Shown: positions 48,862 to 48,863 of the stretch, one piece after another
How positions within the stretch are numbered: the first letter of the stretch is position 1
How the letters are laid out: each line of letters opens with the position of its first letter
Assembly (NCBI GenBank): GCA_040752415.1
Contig: JBFMGU010000051.1
Coordinates: 1 to 48,863, forward strand
Direction: 5' to 3'
DNA length: 48,863 nucleotides
Origin: Myxococcota bacterium
Lineage (GTDB): Bacteria > Myxococcota > JACRCW01
Program-made: the position numbers and the translations under genes
The notes under the pieces: model-generated
Databases searched by the model: none
The model's input: only the letters and a program-made list of their open reading frames with translations
What the model was told of the DNA's origin: nothing

Positions 48862-48863
48862 AG

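Overview
High-GC bacterial chromosome segment, most consistent with Myxococcota (inferred from a TIGR02266-like PilZ protein, an ECF/anti-sigma/caspase operon and Pro/Ala-rich linkers). It is mostly a minus-strand housekeeping backbone: rpmI-rplT-pheS-pheT, rpsO-pnp, nrdR-ribD, tRNA-Val-thrS, scpA-scpB-rluB, leuS, tRNA-Pro-surE-nlpD and tilS-ftsH-folP-glmM. The + strand carries scoAB and a K+/H+ antiporter cluster. Less ordinary elements: (1) a tightly coupled orphan ParA / PilZ / Sm-fold operon; (2) an ECF sigma / zinc anti-sigma / exported caspase-like protease / lipoprotein operon; (3) a stand-alone protein built from two SmrB-like N-terminal hook motifs with no nuclease domain; (4) a 265-bp REPIN/MITE-like inverted repeat; (5) a degenerate alpha-2-macroglobulin-like lipoprotein; (6) an unannotated 39-aa membrane peptide behind a sigma54-like promoter; (7) a dense GATC cluster upstream of scpAB. 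No CRISPR array, transposase, integrase or rRNA was seen. All family assignments come from motif recognition by eye; no database searches were run.
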